Position numbers and translations under genes: made by a program. A stretch of DNA of 64,000 nt from the human T2T-CHM13v2.0 reference genome, Homo sapiens. Below the pieces are notes generated by a model, which was not told the DNA's origin, ran no database searches, and saw nothing but the letters and a program-made list of their open reading frames with translations. Of this stretch, positions 39,533 through 58,877 are shown piece after piece. Every line of letters begins with the position of its first letter. Position 1 is the stretch's first letter. Location: the NCBI RefSeq assembly GCF_009914755.1, contig NC_060948.1; one strand, written 5' to 3'.

Positions 39533-41638
39533 AGATCCATATTTTTTAAATGAAAAAAAATTTCAAAGGTACTCTGCTTGGTACAATAATCAAATGTATA
39601 AACTGAGGAATAAAACATAACCATGAAACCTACTTATAACTGCATATGGAAAATACAGAGGATAATTTTTTAAATAACATATTTTGAAAGCCTTAACTAG
39701 TAATTTGAAGAGTTGGCATTTGAAAGGCCAGTATGAATATACCTTCAAAGCAGCAACACAGGTTCCCCATGAGAAAAAGCAAACTCAGGGAAAATAAAAA
39801 CACAAAGGTTCAATCTCTTCTGACCTTTGAAAGACACAGCACAGACAGTGGTCCTTAGGACGAAGAGCAGGAGACCCCTAATTCCGTCACCATGGCGATA
39901 GGGCATAAACATTGCTGGGTGAGGGCACAATCCACATTGAGAGGTCCAACTGCTGCCAGGAAGACAGGAGTGCTTTTACATAGACCGAAAGGTCATTGAA
40001 GGCTCAGAGTTTTGTTTCAAGAACTGAATCCCAAGCCCACACGTTATTAGGCTGCGCTTCTTAAAACAAGTTATGATATGGGAAAAAGGGCACCCACAAA
40101 CATACGTATACATTATGTATATAATAATATACAGTATCATATATATAATATATATAACCTATGTATAATATTGTTTTACATCCTGCATCTTATATTATAT
40201 ATATTGTATAAAATATAATAATTCATAATACATAACGTTTATATTTATACAATATGACATATAGTATATATTATAATTTATGACATATATAATATATGTT
40301 ATATATCATATATAGAATATATTATACGGTTAATATACGTATTAAATATAAATTATACATTATATATATTATATAAAATATATCTGTTATATATAATACC
40401 CTTTATGCATAATATATATATTATGTTATGTTATACATAGTATGAAACAACATATAATAATATATAATTGTATATATAAAATGCGACATATAATATATAT
40501 TATATTTTATGACATATGTAATATATATTATATATTATATATAATACGTTGTATGTATAATACCTATATTAAATATATATTATATGACTATGTTATTAAT
40601 TACATGTCACATATGTTATATATTATATATTTTACATAGAATATACCGGTTACATACAATAGATACTATGTTACCTATAATGTATAATTGATTACATGTA
40701 AAATAAAGAATGCAATATATTATGTATAATTTATAATATACAATATGTGGAATGTGATATATATAACATATAATATATGATATATGATATACATTATATG
40801 ATATATAACACACAATATATGATACCTAATATATATGGTATACAATATATATTTTATGATATGTATTCTATATGTTTTATATTCTGTTATATATAACTAT
40901 TTGAAATTATATATAACTGTGTAATATTTTATGTAAATATGTAATATAATATATATAACTATATAATATATTATATATAACTATATATTATGTTATATAT
41001 ACTTTTATAACATAATTTACATTAAATATCATAATATAATATATATTATATTATTTCACATTACATAATATATATTACATATCACCCAATATAAGTAACA
41101 TACATAATATTATAATATAGATTATATTATGTTATATTAAATATCATATATATCATGTATGATATATTCTATAATATATATTACACATTATATAATATGT
41201 ATGTTGTCTATTATGTGATATATATAACTATATATATAATTATATTATTATACATATCACTAGATAAACATGAAATTCTACATATTTTCATTTATAATAT
41301 ATAGAATTATATAATCATATATAATTATTTATATTCTATAAAAAATTATATCATTATATAAATTATAATATATAAAAATTATAATATGTACTACAAATAT
41401 ATATATTATATATCATATATGATTTAGTACCTTTGTTATATATCATAATACATATAAATGTGTATTATGTTATCTACAATTATATAATTTCATATATATA
41501 AGATATATAATATGTATTATATATTGTATATGTTATGTAATATATATAGTATATATAAGCTGACACAGGATAAATATTATATACTATGACATATAAAATA
41601 TATGAGGTTATATGTTACATATAAGGCATAGCACATAA

Positions 41639-41953
<315 letters not shown>

Positions 41954-44058
41954 AGATCCATATTTTTTAAATGAAAAAAAATTTCAAAGGTACTCTGCTT
42001 GGTACAATAATCAAATGTATAAACTGAGGAATAAAACATAACCATGAAACCTACTTATAACTGCATATGGAAAATACAGAGGATAATTTTTTAAATAACA
42101 TAGTTTGAAAGCCTTAACTAGTAATTTGAAGAGTTGGCATTTGAAAGGCCAGTATGAATATACCTTCAAAGCAGCAACACAGGTTCCCCATGAGAAAAAG
42201 CAAACTCAGGGAAAATAAAACCACAAAGGTTCAATCTCTTCTGACCTTTGAAAGACACAGCACAGACAGTGGTCCTTAGGACGAAGAGCAGGAGACCCCT
42301 AATTCCGTCACCATGGCGATAGGGCATAAACATTGCTGGGTGAGGGCACAATCCACATTGTGAGGTCCAACTGCTGCCAGGAAGACAGGAGTGCTTTTAC
42401 ATAGACCGAAAGGTCATTGAAGGCTCAGAGTTTTGTTTCAAGAACTGAATCCCAAGCCCACACGTTATTAGGCTGCGCTTCTTAAAACAAGTTATGAGAT
42501 GGGAAAAAGGGCACCCACAAACATACGTATACATTATGTATATAATAATATACAGTATCATATATATAATATATATAACCTATGTATAATATTGTTTTAC
42601 ATCCTGCATCTTATATTATATATATTGTCTAAAATATAATAATTGATAATATATAAGTTTTATATTTATACAATATGACATATAGTATATATTATAATTT
42701 ATGACATATATAATATATGTTATATATCATATATAGAATATATTATACGGTTAATATACGTATTAAATATAAATTTTACATTATATATATTATATATAAT
42801 ATATCTGTTATATATAATACCCATTATGCATAATATGTATATTATGTCTATGTTATATATAGTATAAAACAACATATAATAATATATAATTGTATATATA
42901 AAATGCGACATATAATATATATTATATTTTATGACATATGTAATATATATTATATATTATATATAATACGTTGTATGTATAATACCTATATTAAATATAT
43001 ATTATATGACTATGTTATTAATTACATGTCACATATGTTATATATTATATATTTTACATAGAATATACCGGTTACATACAATATATACAATGTTACCTAT
43101 AATGTATAATTGATTACATGTAAAATAAAGAATGCAATATATTATGTATAATTTATAATATACAATATGTGGAATGTGATATATATAACATATAATATAT
43201 GATATATGATATACAGTATATGATATATAACAAACAATATATGATACCTAATATATATGGTATACAATATATACTTTATGATATGTATACTATATGTTTT
43301 ATATTCTGTTATATATAACTATTTGAAATTATATATAACTGTGTAATATTTTATGTAAATATGTAATATAATATATATAACTATATAATATATTATATAT
43401 AACTATATATTATGTTATATATACTTTTATAACATAATTTACATTAAATATCATAATATAATATATATTATTTTATTTCACATTACATAATATATATTAC
43501 ATATCACCCAATATAAGTAACATACATAATATTATAATATAGATTATATTATGTTATATTAAATATCATATATATCATGTATCATATATTCTATAATATA
43601 TATTACACATTATATAATATGTATGTTGTCTATTATGTGATATATATAACTATATATATAATTATATTATTATACATATAACTAGATAAACATGTAATTC
43701 TACATATTTTCATTTATAATATATAGAATTATATAATCATATATAATTATTTATATTCTATAAAAAATTATATCATTATATAAATTATAATATATAAAAA
43801 TTATAATATGTACTACAAATATATATATTATATATCATATATGATATAGTACCTTTGTTATATATCATAATACATATAAATGTGTATTATGTTATCTACA
43901 ATTATATAATTTCATATATAAGATATATAATATGTATTATATATTGTATATGTTATGTAATATATATAGTATATATAAGCTGACACAGGATAAATATTAT
44001 ATACTATGACATATAAAATATATGAGGTTATATGTTACATATAAGGCATAGCACATAA

Positions 44059-44373
<315 letters not shown>

Positions 44374-46478
44374 AGATCCATATTTTGTAAATGAAAAACA
44401 ATTTCAAAGGTACTCTGCTTGGTACAATAATCAAATGTATAAACTGAGGAATGAAACATAACCATGAAACCTACTTATAACTGCATATGGAAAATACAGA
44501 GGCTAATTTTTTAAATAACATATTTTGAAAGCCTTAACTAGTAATTTGAAGAGTTGGCATTTGAAAGGCCAGTATGAATATACCTTCAAAGCAGCAACAC
44601 AGGTTCCCCATGAGAAAAAGCAAACTCAGGGAAAATAAAACCACAAAGGTTCAATCTCTTCTGACCTTTGAAAGACACATCACAGACAGTGGTCCTTAGG
44701 ACGAAGAGCAGGAGACCCCTAATTCCGTCACCATGGCGATAGGGCATAAACATTGCTGGGTGAGGGCACAATCCACATTGTGAGGTCCAACTGCTGCCAG
44801 GAAGACAAGAGTGCTTTTACATAGACCGAAAGGTCATTGAAGGCTCAGAGTTTTGTTTCAAGAACTGAATCCCAAGCCCACACGTTATTAGGCTGCGCTT
44901 CTTAAAACAAGTTATGAGATGGGAAAAAGGGCACCCACAAACATACGTATACATTATGTATATAATAATATACAGTATCATATATATAATATATATAACC
45001 TATGTATAATATTGTTTTACATCCTGCATCTTATATTATATATATTGTCTAAAATATAATAATTGATAATATATAAGTTTTATATTTATACAATATGACA
45101 TATAGTATATATTATAATTTATGACATATATAATATATGTTATATATCATATATAGAATATATTATAAGGTTAATATACATATTAAATATAAATTATACA
45201 TTATATATATTATATATAATATATCTGTTATATATAATACCCATTATGCATAATATGTATATTATGTCTATGTTATATATAGTATAAAACAACATATAAT
45301 AATATATAATTGTATATATAAAATGCGACATATAATATATATTATATTTTATGACATATGTAATATATATTATATATTATATATAATACGTTGTATGTAT
45401 AATACCTATATTAAATATATATTATATGACTATGTTATTAATTACATGTCACATATGTTATATATTATATATTTTACATAGAATATACCGGTTACATACA
45501 ATATATACAATGTTACCTATAATGTATAATTGATTACATGTAAAATAAAGAATGCAATATATTATGTATAATTTATAATATACAATATGTGGAATGTGAT
45601 ATATATAACATATAATATATGATATATGATATACAGTATATGATATATAACACACAATATATGATACCTAATATATATGGTATACAATATATACTTTATG
45701 ATATGTATACTATATGTTTTATATTCTGTTATATATAACTATTTGAAATTATATATAACTGTGTAATATTTTATGTAAATATGTAATATAATATATATAA
45801 CTATATAATATATTATATATAACTATATATTATGTTATATATACTTTTATAACATAATTTACATTAAATATCATAATATAATATATATTATATTATTTCA
45901 CATTACATAATATATATTACATATCACCCAATATAAGTAACATACATAATATTATAATATAGATTATATTATGTTATATTAAATATCATATATATCATGT
46001 ATCATATATTCTATAATATATATTACACATTATATAATATGTATGTTGTCTATTATGTGATATATATAACTATATATATAATTATATTATTATACATATA
46101 ACTAGATAAACATGTAATTCTACATATTTTCATTTATAATATATAGAATTATATAATCATATATAATTATTTATATTCTATAAAAAATTATATCATTATA
46201 TAAATTATAATATATAAAAATTATAATATGTACTACAAATATATATATTATATATCATATATGATATAGTACCTTTGTTATATATCATAATACATATGAA
46301 TGTGTATTATGTTATCTACAATTATATAATTTCATATATAAGATATATAATATGTATTATATATTGTATATGTTATGTAATATATATAGTATATATAAGC
46401 TGACACAGGATAAATATTATATACTATGACATATAAAATATATGAGGTTATATGTTACATATAAGGCATAGCACATAA

Positions 46479-46793
<315 letters not shown>

Positions 46794-48919
46794 AGATCCA
46801 TATTTTGTAAATGAAAAAAAATTTCAAAGGTACTCTGCTTGGTACAATAATCAAATGTATAAACTGAGGAATGAAACATAACCATGAAACCTACTTATAA
46901 CTGCATATGGAAAATACAGAGGATAATTTTTTAAATAACATATTTTGAAAGCCTTAACTAGTAATTTGAAGAGTTGGCATTTGAAAGGCCAGTATGAATA
47001 TACCTTCAAAGCAGCAACACAGGTTCCCCATGAGAAAAAGCAAACTCAGGGAAAATAAAACCACAAAGGTTCAATCTCTTCTGACCTTTGAAAGACACAG
47101 CACAGACAGTGGTCCTTAGGACGAAGAGCAGGAGACCCCTAATTCCGTCACCATGGCGATAGGGCATAAACATTGCTGGGTGAGGGCACAATCCACATTG
47201 TGAGGTCCAACTGCTGCCAGGAAGACAAGAATGCTTTTACATAGACCGAAAGGTCATTGAAGGCTCAGAGTTTTGTTTCAAGAACTGAATCCCAAGCCCA
47301 CACGTTATTAGGCTGCGCTTCTTAAAACAAGTTATGAGATGGGAAAAAGGGCACCCACAAACATACGTATACATTATGTATATAATAATATACAGTATCA
47401 TATATATAATATATATAACCTATGTATAATATTGTTTTACATCCTGCATCTTATATTATATATATTGTCTAAAATATAATAATTGATAATATATAAGTTT
47501 TATATTTATACAATATGACATATAGTATATATTATAATTTATGACATATATAATATATGTTATATATCATATATAGAATATATTATACGGTTAATATACA
47601 TATTAAATATAAATTATACATTATATATATTATATATAATATATCTGTTATATATAATACCCATTATGCATAATATGTATATTATGTCTATGTTATATAT
47701 AGTATAAAACAACATATAATAATATATAATTGTATATATAAAATGCGACATATAATATATATTATATTTTATGACATATGTAATATATATTATATATTAT
47801 ATATAATACGTTGTATGTATAATACCTATATTAAATATATATTATATGACTATGTTATTAATTACATGTCACATGTGTTATATATTATATATTTTACATA
47901 GAATATACCGGTTACATACAATATATACTATGTTACCTATAATGTATAATTGATTACATGTAAAATAAAGAATGCAATATATTATGTATAATTTATAATA
48001 TACAATATGTGGAATGTGATATATATAACATATAATATATGATATATGATATACAGTATATGATATATAACATACAATATATGATACCTAGTATATATGG
48101 TATACAATATATATTTTATGATATGTATTCTATATGTTTTATATTCTGTTATATATAACTATTTGAAATTATATATAACTGTATAATATTTTATGTAAAT
48201 ATGTAATATAATATATATAACTATATAATATATTATATATAACTATATATTATGTTATATATACTTTTATATCATAATTTACATAAAATGTCATAATATA
48301 ATATATATTATATTATTTCAAATTACATAATATATATTACATATCACCCAATATAAGTAACATACATAATATTATAATATAGATTATATTATGTTATGTT
48401 AAATATCATATATATCATGTATCATATATTCTATAATATATATTATACATTATATAATATGTATGTTGTCTATTATGTGATATATATAACTATATATTAT
48501 TATATTATTATACATATAACTAGATAAACATGTAATTCTACATATTTTCATTTATAATATATAGAATTATATAATCATATATAATTATTTATATTCCATA
48601 AAAAATTATATCATTATATAAATTATAATATAAAAAAATTATAATATGTACTACAAATATATATATTATATATCATATATGATATAGTACCTTTGTTATA
48701 TATCATAATACATATAAATGTGTATTATGTTATCTATAATTATATAATTTCATATATAAGATGTATAATATGTATTATATATTGTATATGTTATGTAATA
48801 TATATAGTATATATAAGCTGACACAGGATAAATATTATATACTATGACATATAAAATATATGAGGTTATATTTTACATATAAGGCATAGCACATAACATG
48901 TAATATATATCATATATAA

Positions 48920-49211
48920 TTTTTTTTTAGACAGAGTCTTGTCGTGTTGCACAGGGTGAAGTACAATGGCGCCATCTTTGCTCACTGCAACATCTGCCTC
49001 ACAGTTCAAAGCGATTGTCCTCCCTCAACCTCTCAGGTAGCTGGGAGTACACCACACTGGGACTACACCAGCTGCCACCATGCCTAGCTAATTTTTTGTA
49101 TTTTTAGTAGTGACAGCGTTTCACTGTATTGGCCAGGATGGTCTTGATCTCTTCACCTTGTGATCCCCTTGCCTTGGCCTCCAAATTTGCTGGGATTACA
49201 GGCCTGAGCCA
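48920..49211 (-). mobile_element. Alu fragment, copy 21 (A, more diverged)
   Basis: Same Alu motifs, with GGTGAAGTAC and CAACCTCTCAGG variants. Confidence 0.95.
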
Positions 49212-51337
49212 AGATCCATATTTTTTAAATGAAAAAAAATTTCAAAGGTACTCTGCTTGGTACAATAATCAAATGTATAAACTGAGGAATAAAACATAAC
49301 CATGAAACCTACTTATAACTGCATATGGAAAATACAGAGGATAATTTTTTAAATAACATATTTTGAAAGCCTTAACTAGTAATTTGAAGAGTTGGCATTT
49401 GAAAGGCCAGTATGAATATACCTTCAAAGCAGCAACACAGGTTCCCCATGAGAAACAGCAAACTCAGGGAAAATAAAACCACAAAGGTTCAAGCTCTTCT
49501 GACCTTTGAAAGACACAGCACAGACAGTGGTCCTTAGGAGGAAGAGCAGGAGACCCCTAATTCCGTCACCATGGCGATAGGGCATAAACATTGCTGGGTG
49601 AGGGCACAATCCACATTGTGAGGTCCAACTGCTGCCAGGAAGACAGGAGTGCTTTTACATAGACCGAAAGGTCATTGAAGGCTCAGAGTTTTGTTTCAAG
49701 AACTGAATCCCAAGCCCACACGTTATTAGGCTGCGCTTCTTAAAACAAGTTATGAGATGGGAAAAAGGGCACCCACAAACATACGTATACATTATGTATA
49801 TAATAATATACAGTATCATATATATAATATATATAACCTATGTATAATATTGTTTTACATCCTGCATCTTATATTATATATATTGTCTAAAATATAATAA
49901 TTGATAATATATAAGTTTTATATTTATACAATATGACATATAGTATATATTATAATTTATGACATATATAATATATGTTATATATCATATATAGAATATA
50001 TTATACGGTTAATATACGTATTAAATATAAATTATACATTATATATATTATATATAATATATCTGTTATATATAATACCTATTATGCATAATATGTATAT
50101 TATGTCTATGTTATATATAGTATAAAACAACATATAATAATATATAATTGTATATATAAAATGCGACATATAATATATATTATATTTTATGACATATGTA
50201 ATATATATTATATATTATATATAATACGTTGTATGTATAATACCTATATTAAATATATATTATATGACTATGTTATTAATTACATGTCACATGTGTTATA
50301 TATTATATATTTTACATAGAATATACCGGTTACATACAATATATACTATGTTACCTATAATGTATAATTGATTACATGTAAAATAAAGAATGCAATATAT
50401 TATGTATAATTTATAATATACAATATGTGGAATGTGATATATATAACATATAATATATGATATATGATATACAGTATATGATATATAACATACAATATAT
50501 GATACCTAGTATATATGGTATACAATATATATTTTATGATATGTATTCTATATGTTTTATATTCTGTTATATATAACTATTTGAAATTATATATAACTGT
50601 ATAATATTTTATGTAAATATGTAATATAATATATATAACTATATAATATATTATATATAACTATATATTATGTTATATATACTTTTATATCATAATTTAC
50701 AGAAAATGTCATAATATAATATATATTATATTATTTCATATTACATAATATATATTACATATCACCCAATATAAGTAACATACATAATATTATAATATAG
50801 ATTATATTATGTTATGTTAAATATCATATATATCATGTATCATATATTCTATAATATATATTATACATTATATAATATGTATGTTGACTATTATGTGATA
50901 TATATAACTATATATTATTATATTATTATACATATAACTAGATAAACATGTAATTCCACATATTTTCATTTATAATATATAGAATTATATAATCATATAT
51001 AATTATTTATATTCTATAAAAAATTATATCATTATATAAATTATAATATAAAAAAATTATAATATGTACTACAAATATATATATTATATATCATATATGA
51101 TATAGTACCTTTGTTATATATCATAATACATATAAATGTGTATTATGTTATCTATAATTATATAATTTCATATATAAGATGTATAATATGTATTATATAT
51201 TGTATATGTTATGTAATATATATAGTATATATAAGATGACACAGGATAAATATTATATACTATGACATATAAAATATATGAGGTTATATGTTACATATAA
51301 GGCATAGCACATAACATGTAATATATATCATATATAA

Positions 51338-51629
<292 letters not shown>

Positions 51630-53757
51630 AGATCCATATTTTGTAAATGAAAAAAAATTTCAAAGGTACTCTGCTTGGTACAATAATCAAATGTATAAAC
51701 TGAGGAATGAAACATAACCATGAAACCTACTTATAACTGCATATGGAAAATACAGAGGATAATTTTTTAAATAACATATTTTGAAAGCCTTAACTAGTAA
51801 TTTGAAGAGTTGGCATTTGAAAGGCCAGTATGAATATACCTTCAAAGCAGCAACACAGGTTCCCCATGAGAAAAAGCAAACTCAGGGAAAATAAAACCAC
51901 AAAGTTTCAATCTCTTCTGACCTTTGAAAGACACAGCACAGACAGTGGTCCGTAGGACGAAGAGCAGGAGACCCCTAATTCCGTCACCATGGCGATAGGG
52001 CATAAACATTGCTGGGTGAGGGCACAATCCACATTGTGAGGTCCAACTGCTGCCAGGAAGACAGTACTGCTTTTACATAGACCGAAAGGTCATTGAAGGC
52101 TCAGAGTTTTGTTTCAAGAACTGAATCCCAAGCCCACACGTTATTAGGCTGCGCTTCTTAAAACAAGTTATGAGATGGGAAAAAGGGCACCCACAAACAT
52201 ACGTATACATTATGTATATAATAATATACAGTATCATACATAAAATATGTATAACCTATGTATAATATTGTTTTACATCCTGCATCTTATATTATATATA
52301 TTGTATAAAATATAATAATTGATAATATATAAGATTTATATTTATACAATATGACATATAGTATATATTATAATTTATGACATATATAATATATGTTACA
52401 TATCATATATAGAATATATTATACGGTTAATATACGTATTAAATATAAATTATACATTATATATATTATATAAAATATATCTGTTATATATAATACCCAT
52501 TATGCATAATATATATATTATGTCTATGTTATATATAGTATAAAACAACATATAATAATATATAATTGTATATATAAAATGCGACATATAATATATATTA
52601 TATTTTATGACATATGTAATATATATTATATATTATATATAATACGTTGTATGTATAATACCTATATTAAATATATATTATATGACTATGTTATTAATTA
52701 CATGTCACATATGTTATATATTATATATTTTACATAGAATATACCGGTTACATACAATAGATACTATGTTACCTATAATGTATAATTGATTACATGTAAA
52801 ATAAAGAATGCAATATATTATGTATAATTTATAATATACAATATGTGGAATGTGATATATATAACATATAATATATGATATATGATATACAGTATATGAT
52901 ATATAACATACAATATATGATACCTAATATATATGGTATACAATATATATTTTATGATATGTATTCTATATGTTTTATATTCTGTTATATATAACTATTT
53001 GAAATTATATATAACTGTATAATATTTTATGTAAATATGTAATATAATATATATAACTATATAATATATTATATATAACTATATATTATGTTATATATAC
53101 TTTTATAACATAATTTACATAAAATGTCATAATATAATATATATTATATTATTTCACATTACATAATATATATTACATATCACCCAATATAAGTAACATA
53201 CATAATATTATAATATAGATTATATTATGTTATATTAAATATCATATATATCATGTATCATATATTCTATAATATATATTACACATTATATATTATGTAT
53301 GTTGTCTATTTTGTGATATATAAAACTATATATATAATTATATTATTATACATATAACTAGGTAAACATGTAATTCTACATATTTTCATTTGTAATATAT
53401 AGAATTATATAATCATATATAATTATTTATATTCTATAAAAAATTATATCATTATATAAATTATAATATAAAAAAATTATAATATGTACTACAAATATAT
53501 ATATTATATATCATATATGATATAGTACCTTTGTTATATATCATAATACATATAAATGTGTATTATTTTATCTATAATTATATAATTTCATATATAAGAT
53601 GTATAATATGTATTATATATTGTCTATGTTATGTAATATATATAGTATTTGTAAGCTGACACAGGATAAATATTATATACTATGACATATAAAATATATG
53701 AGGTTATATGTTACATATAAGGCATAGCACATAACATGTAATATATATCATATATAA

Positions 53758-54049
<292 letters not shown>

Positions 54050-56169
54050 AGATCCATATTTTTTAAATGAAAAAAAATTTCAAAGGTACTCTGCTTGGTA
54101 CAATAATCAAATGTATAAACTGAGGAATAAATCATAACCATGAAACCTACTTATAACTGCATATGGAAAATACAGAGGATAATTTTTTAAATAACATATT
54201 TTGAAAGCCTTAACTAGTAATTTGAAGAGTTGGCATTTGAAAGGCCAGTATGAATATACCTTCAAAGCAGCAACACAGGTTCCCCATGAGAAAAAGCAAA
54301 CTCAGGGAAAATAAAACCACAAAGGTTCAATCTCTTCTGACCTTTGAAAGACACAGCACAGACAGTGGTCCTTAGGACGAAGAGCAGGAGACCCCTAATT
54401 CCGTCACCATGGCGATAGGGCATAAACATTGCTGGGTGAGGGCACAATCCACATTGAGAGGTCCAACTGCTGCCAGGAAGACAGGAGTGCTTTTACATAG
54501 ACCGAAAGGTCATTGAAGGCTCAGAGTTTTGTTTCAAGAACTGAATCCCAAGCCCACACGTTATTAGGCTGCGCTTCTTAAAACAAGTTATGAGATGGGA
54601 AAAACGGCACCCACAAACATACGTATACGTTATGTATATAATAATATACAGTATCATATATATAATATATATAACCTATGTATAATATTGTTTTACATCC
54701 TGCATCTTATATTATATATATTGTATAAAATATAAAATTCATAATACATAACGTTTATATTTATACAATATGACATATAGTATATATTATAATTTATGAC
54801 ATATATAATATATGTTATATATCATATATAGAATATATTATACGGTTAATATACGTATTAAATATAAATTATACATTATATATATTATATAAAATATATC
54901 TGTTATATATAATACCCTTTATGCATAATATATATATTATGTCTATGTTATATATAGTATAAAACAACATATAATAATATATAATTGTATATATAAAATG
55001 CGACATATAATATATATTATATTTTATAACATATGTAATATATATTATATATTATATATAATACGTTGTATGTATAATACCTATATTAAATATATATTAT
55101 ATGACTATGTTATTAATTACATGTCATATGTTATATATTATATATTTTACATAGAATATACCGGTTACATACAATAGATACTATGTTACCTATAATGTAT
55201 AGTTGATTACATTTAAAATAAAGAATGCAATATATTATGTATAATTTATAATATACAATGTGTGGAATGTGATATATATAACATATAATATATGATATAT
55301 GATATACAGTATATGATATATAACATACAATATATGATACCTAATATATATGGTATACAATATGTATTTTATGATATGTATTCTATATGTTTTATAATCT
55401 GTTATATATAAATATTTGAAATTATATATAACTGTATATTTTATGTAAATATGTAATATAATATATATAACTATATAATATATTATATATAACTATATAT
55501 TATGTTATATAAACTTTTATAACATAATTTACATAAAATGTCATAATATAATATATATTATATTATTTCACATTACATAATATATATTACATATCACCCA
55601 ATATAAGTAACATACATAATATTATAATATAGATTATATTATGTTATATTAAATATCATATATATCATGTATCATATATTCTATAATATATATTACACAT
55701 TATATAACATTTATGTTGTCTATTATGTGATATATATAACTATATATAATTATATTATTATACATATAACTAGATACACATGTAATTCTACATATTTTCA
55801 TTTATAATATATAGAATTATATAATCATATATAATTATTTATATTCTATAAAAAATTATATCTTTATATAAATTATAATATAAAAAAATTATAATATGTA
55901 CTACAAATATATATATTATATATCATATATGATATAGTACCTTTGTTATATATCATAATACATATAAATGTGTATTATGTTATCTATAATTATATAATTT
56001 CATATATAAGATGTATAATATGTATTATATATTGTATATGTTATGTAATATATATAGTATATATAAGCTGACACAGGATAAATATTATATACTATGACAT
56101 ATAAAATATATGAGGTTATATGTTACATATAAGGCATAGCACATAACATGTAATATATATCATATATAA

Positions 56170-56461
56170 TTTTTTTTTAGACAGAGACTTGTCGTGCTGC
56201 ACAGGGTGAAGTACAATGGCGCCATCTTTGCTCACTGCAACATCTGCCTCTCGGGTCCAAGCGATTGTCCTCCCTCAACCTCTCAGGTAGCTGGGACTAC
56301 ACCACACTGGGAGTACACCAGCTGCCACCATGCCTAGCTAATTTTTTGGATTTTTAGTAGTGACAGCGTTTCACTGTATTGGCCAGGATGGTCTTGATCT
56401 CTTCACCTTGTGATCCCCTTGCCTTGGCCTCCAAATTTGCTGGGATTACAGGCCTGAGCCA
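56170..56461 (-). mobile_element. Alu fragment, copy 24 (A, resembles copy 21)
   Basis: Same Alu motifs, with GGTGAAGTAC and CAACCTCTCAGG variants. Confidence 0.95.
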
Positions 56462-58556
56462 AGATCCATATTTTTTAAATGAAAAAAAATTTCAAAGGTA
56501 CTCTGCTTGGTACAATAATCAAATGTATAAACTGAGGAATAAAACATAACCATGAAACCTACTTATAACTGCATATGGAAAATACAGAGGATAATTTTTT
56601 AAATAACATATTTTGAAAGCCTTAACTAGTAATTTGAAGAGTTGGCATTTGAAAGGCCAGTATGAATATACCTTCAAAGCAGCAACACAGGTTCCCCATG
56701 AGAAACAGGAAACTCAGGGAAAATAAAACCACAAAGGTTCAAGCTCTTCTGACCTTTGAAAGACACAGCACAGACAGTGGTCCTTAGGACGAAGAGCAGG
56801 AGACCCCTAATTCCGTCACCATGGCGATAGGGCATAAACATTGCTGGGTGAGGGCACAATCCACATTGTGAGGTCCAACTGCTGCCAGGAAGACAGGAGT
56901 GCTTTTACATAGACCGAAAGGTCATTGAAGGCTCAGAGTTTTGTTTCAAGAACTGAATCCCAAGCCCACACGTTATTAGGCTGCGCTTCTTAAAACAAGT
57001 TATGAGATGGGAAAAAGGGCACCCACAAACATACGTATACATTATGTATATAATAATATACAGTATCATATATATAATATATATAACCTATGTATAATAT
57101 TGTTTTACATCCTGCATCTTATATTATATATATTGTCTAAAATATAATAATTGATAATATATAAGTTTTATATTTATACAATATGACATATAGTATATAT
57201 TATAATTTATGACATATATAATATATGTTATATATCATATATAGAATATATTATACGGTTAATATACGTATTAAATATAAATTATACATTATATATATTA
57301 TATATAATATATCTGTTATATATAATACCCATTATGCATAATATGTATATTATGTCTATGTTATATATAGTATAAAACAACATATAATAATATATAATTG
57401 TATATATAAAATGCGACATATAATATATATTATATTTTATGACATATGTAATATATATTATATATTATATATAATACGTTGTGTGTATAATACCTATATT
57501 AAATATATATTATATGACTATGTTATTAATTACCTGTCACATGTGTTATATATTATATATTTTACATAGAATATACCGGTTACATACAATATATACTATG
57601 TTACCTATAATGTATAATTGATTACATGTAAAATAAAGAATGCAATATATTATGTATAATTTATAATATACAATTTGTGGAATGTGATATATATAACATA
57701 TAATATATGATATATGATATACAGTATATGATATATAACATACAATATATGATACCTAGTATATATGGTATACAATATATATTTTATGATATGTATTCTA
57801 TATGTTTTATATTCTGTTATATATAACTATTTGAAATTATATATAACTGTATAATATTTTATGTAAATATGTAATATAATATATATAACTATATAATATA
57901 TTATATATAACTATATATTATGTTATATATACTTTTATATCATAATTTACATAAAATGTCATAATATAATATATATTATATTATTTCATATTACATAATA
58001 TGTATTACATATCACCCAATATAAGTAACATACATAATATTATAATATAGATTATATTATGTTATGTTAAATATCATATATATCATGTATCATATATTCT
58101 ATAATATATATTATACATTATATAATATGTATGTTGTCTATTATGTGATATATATAACTATATATTATTATATTATTATACATATAACTAGATAAACATG
58201 TAATTCTACATATTTTCATTTATAATATATAGAATTATATAATCATATATAATTATTTATATTCTATAAAAAATTATATCATATATAAATTATAATATAA
58301 AAAAATTATAATATGTACTACAAATATATATATTATATATCATATATGATATAGTACCTTTGTTATATATCATAATACATATAAATGTGTATTATGTTAT
58401 CTATAATTATATAATTTCATATATAAGATGTATAATATGTATTATATATTGTATATGTTATGTAATATATATAGTATATATAAGCTGACACAGGATAAAT
58501 ATTATATACTATGACATATAAAATATATGAGGTTATATGTTACATATAAGGCATAG

Positions 58557-58877
<321 letters not shown>

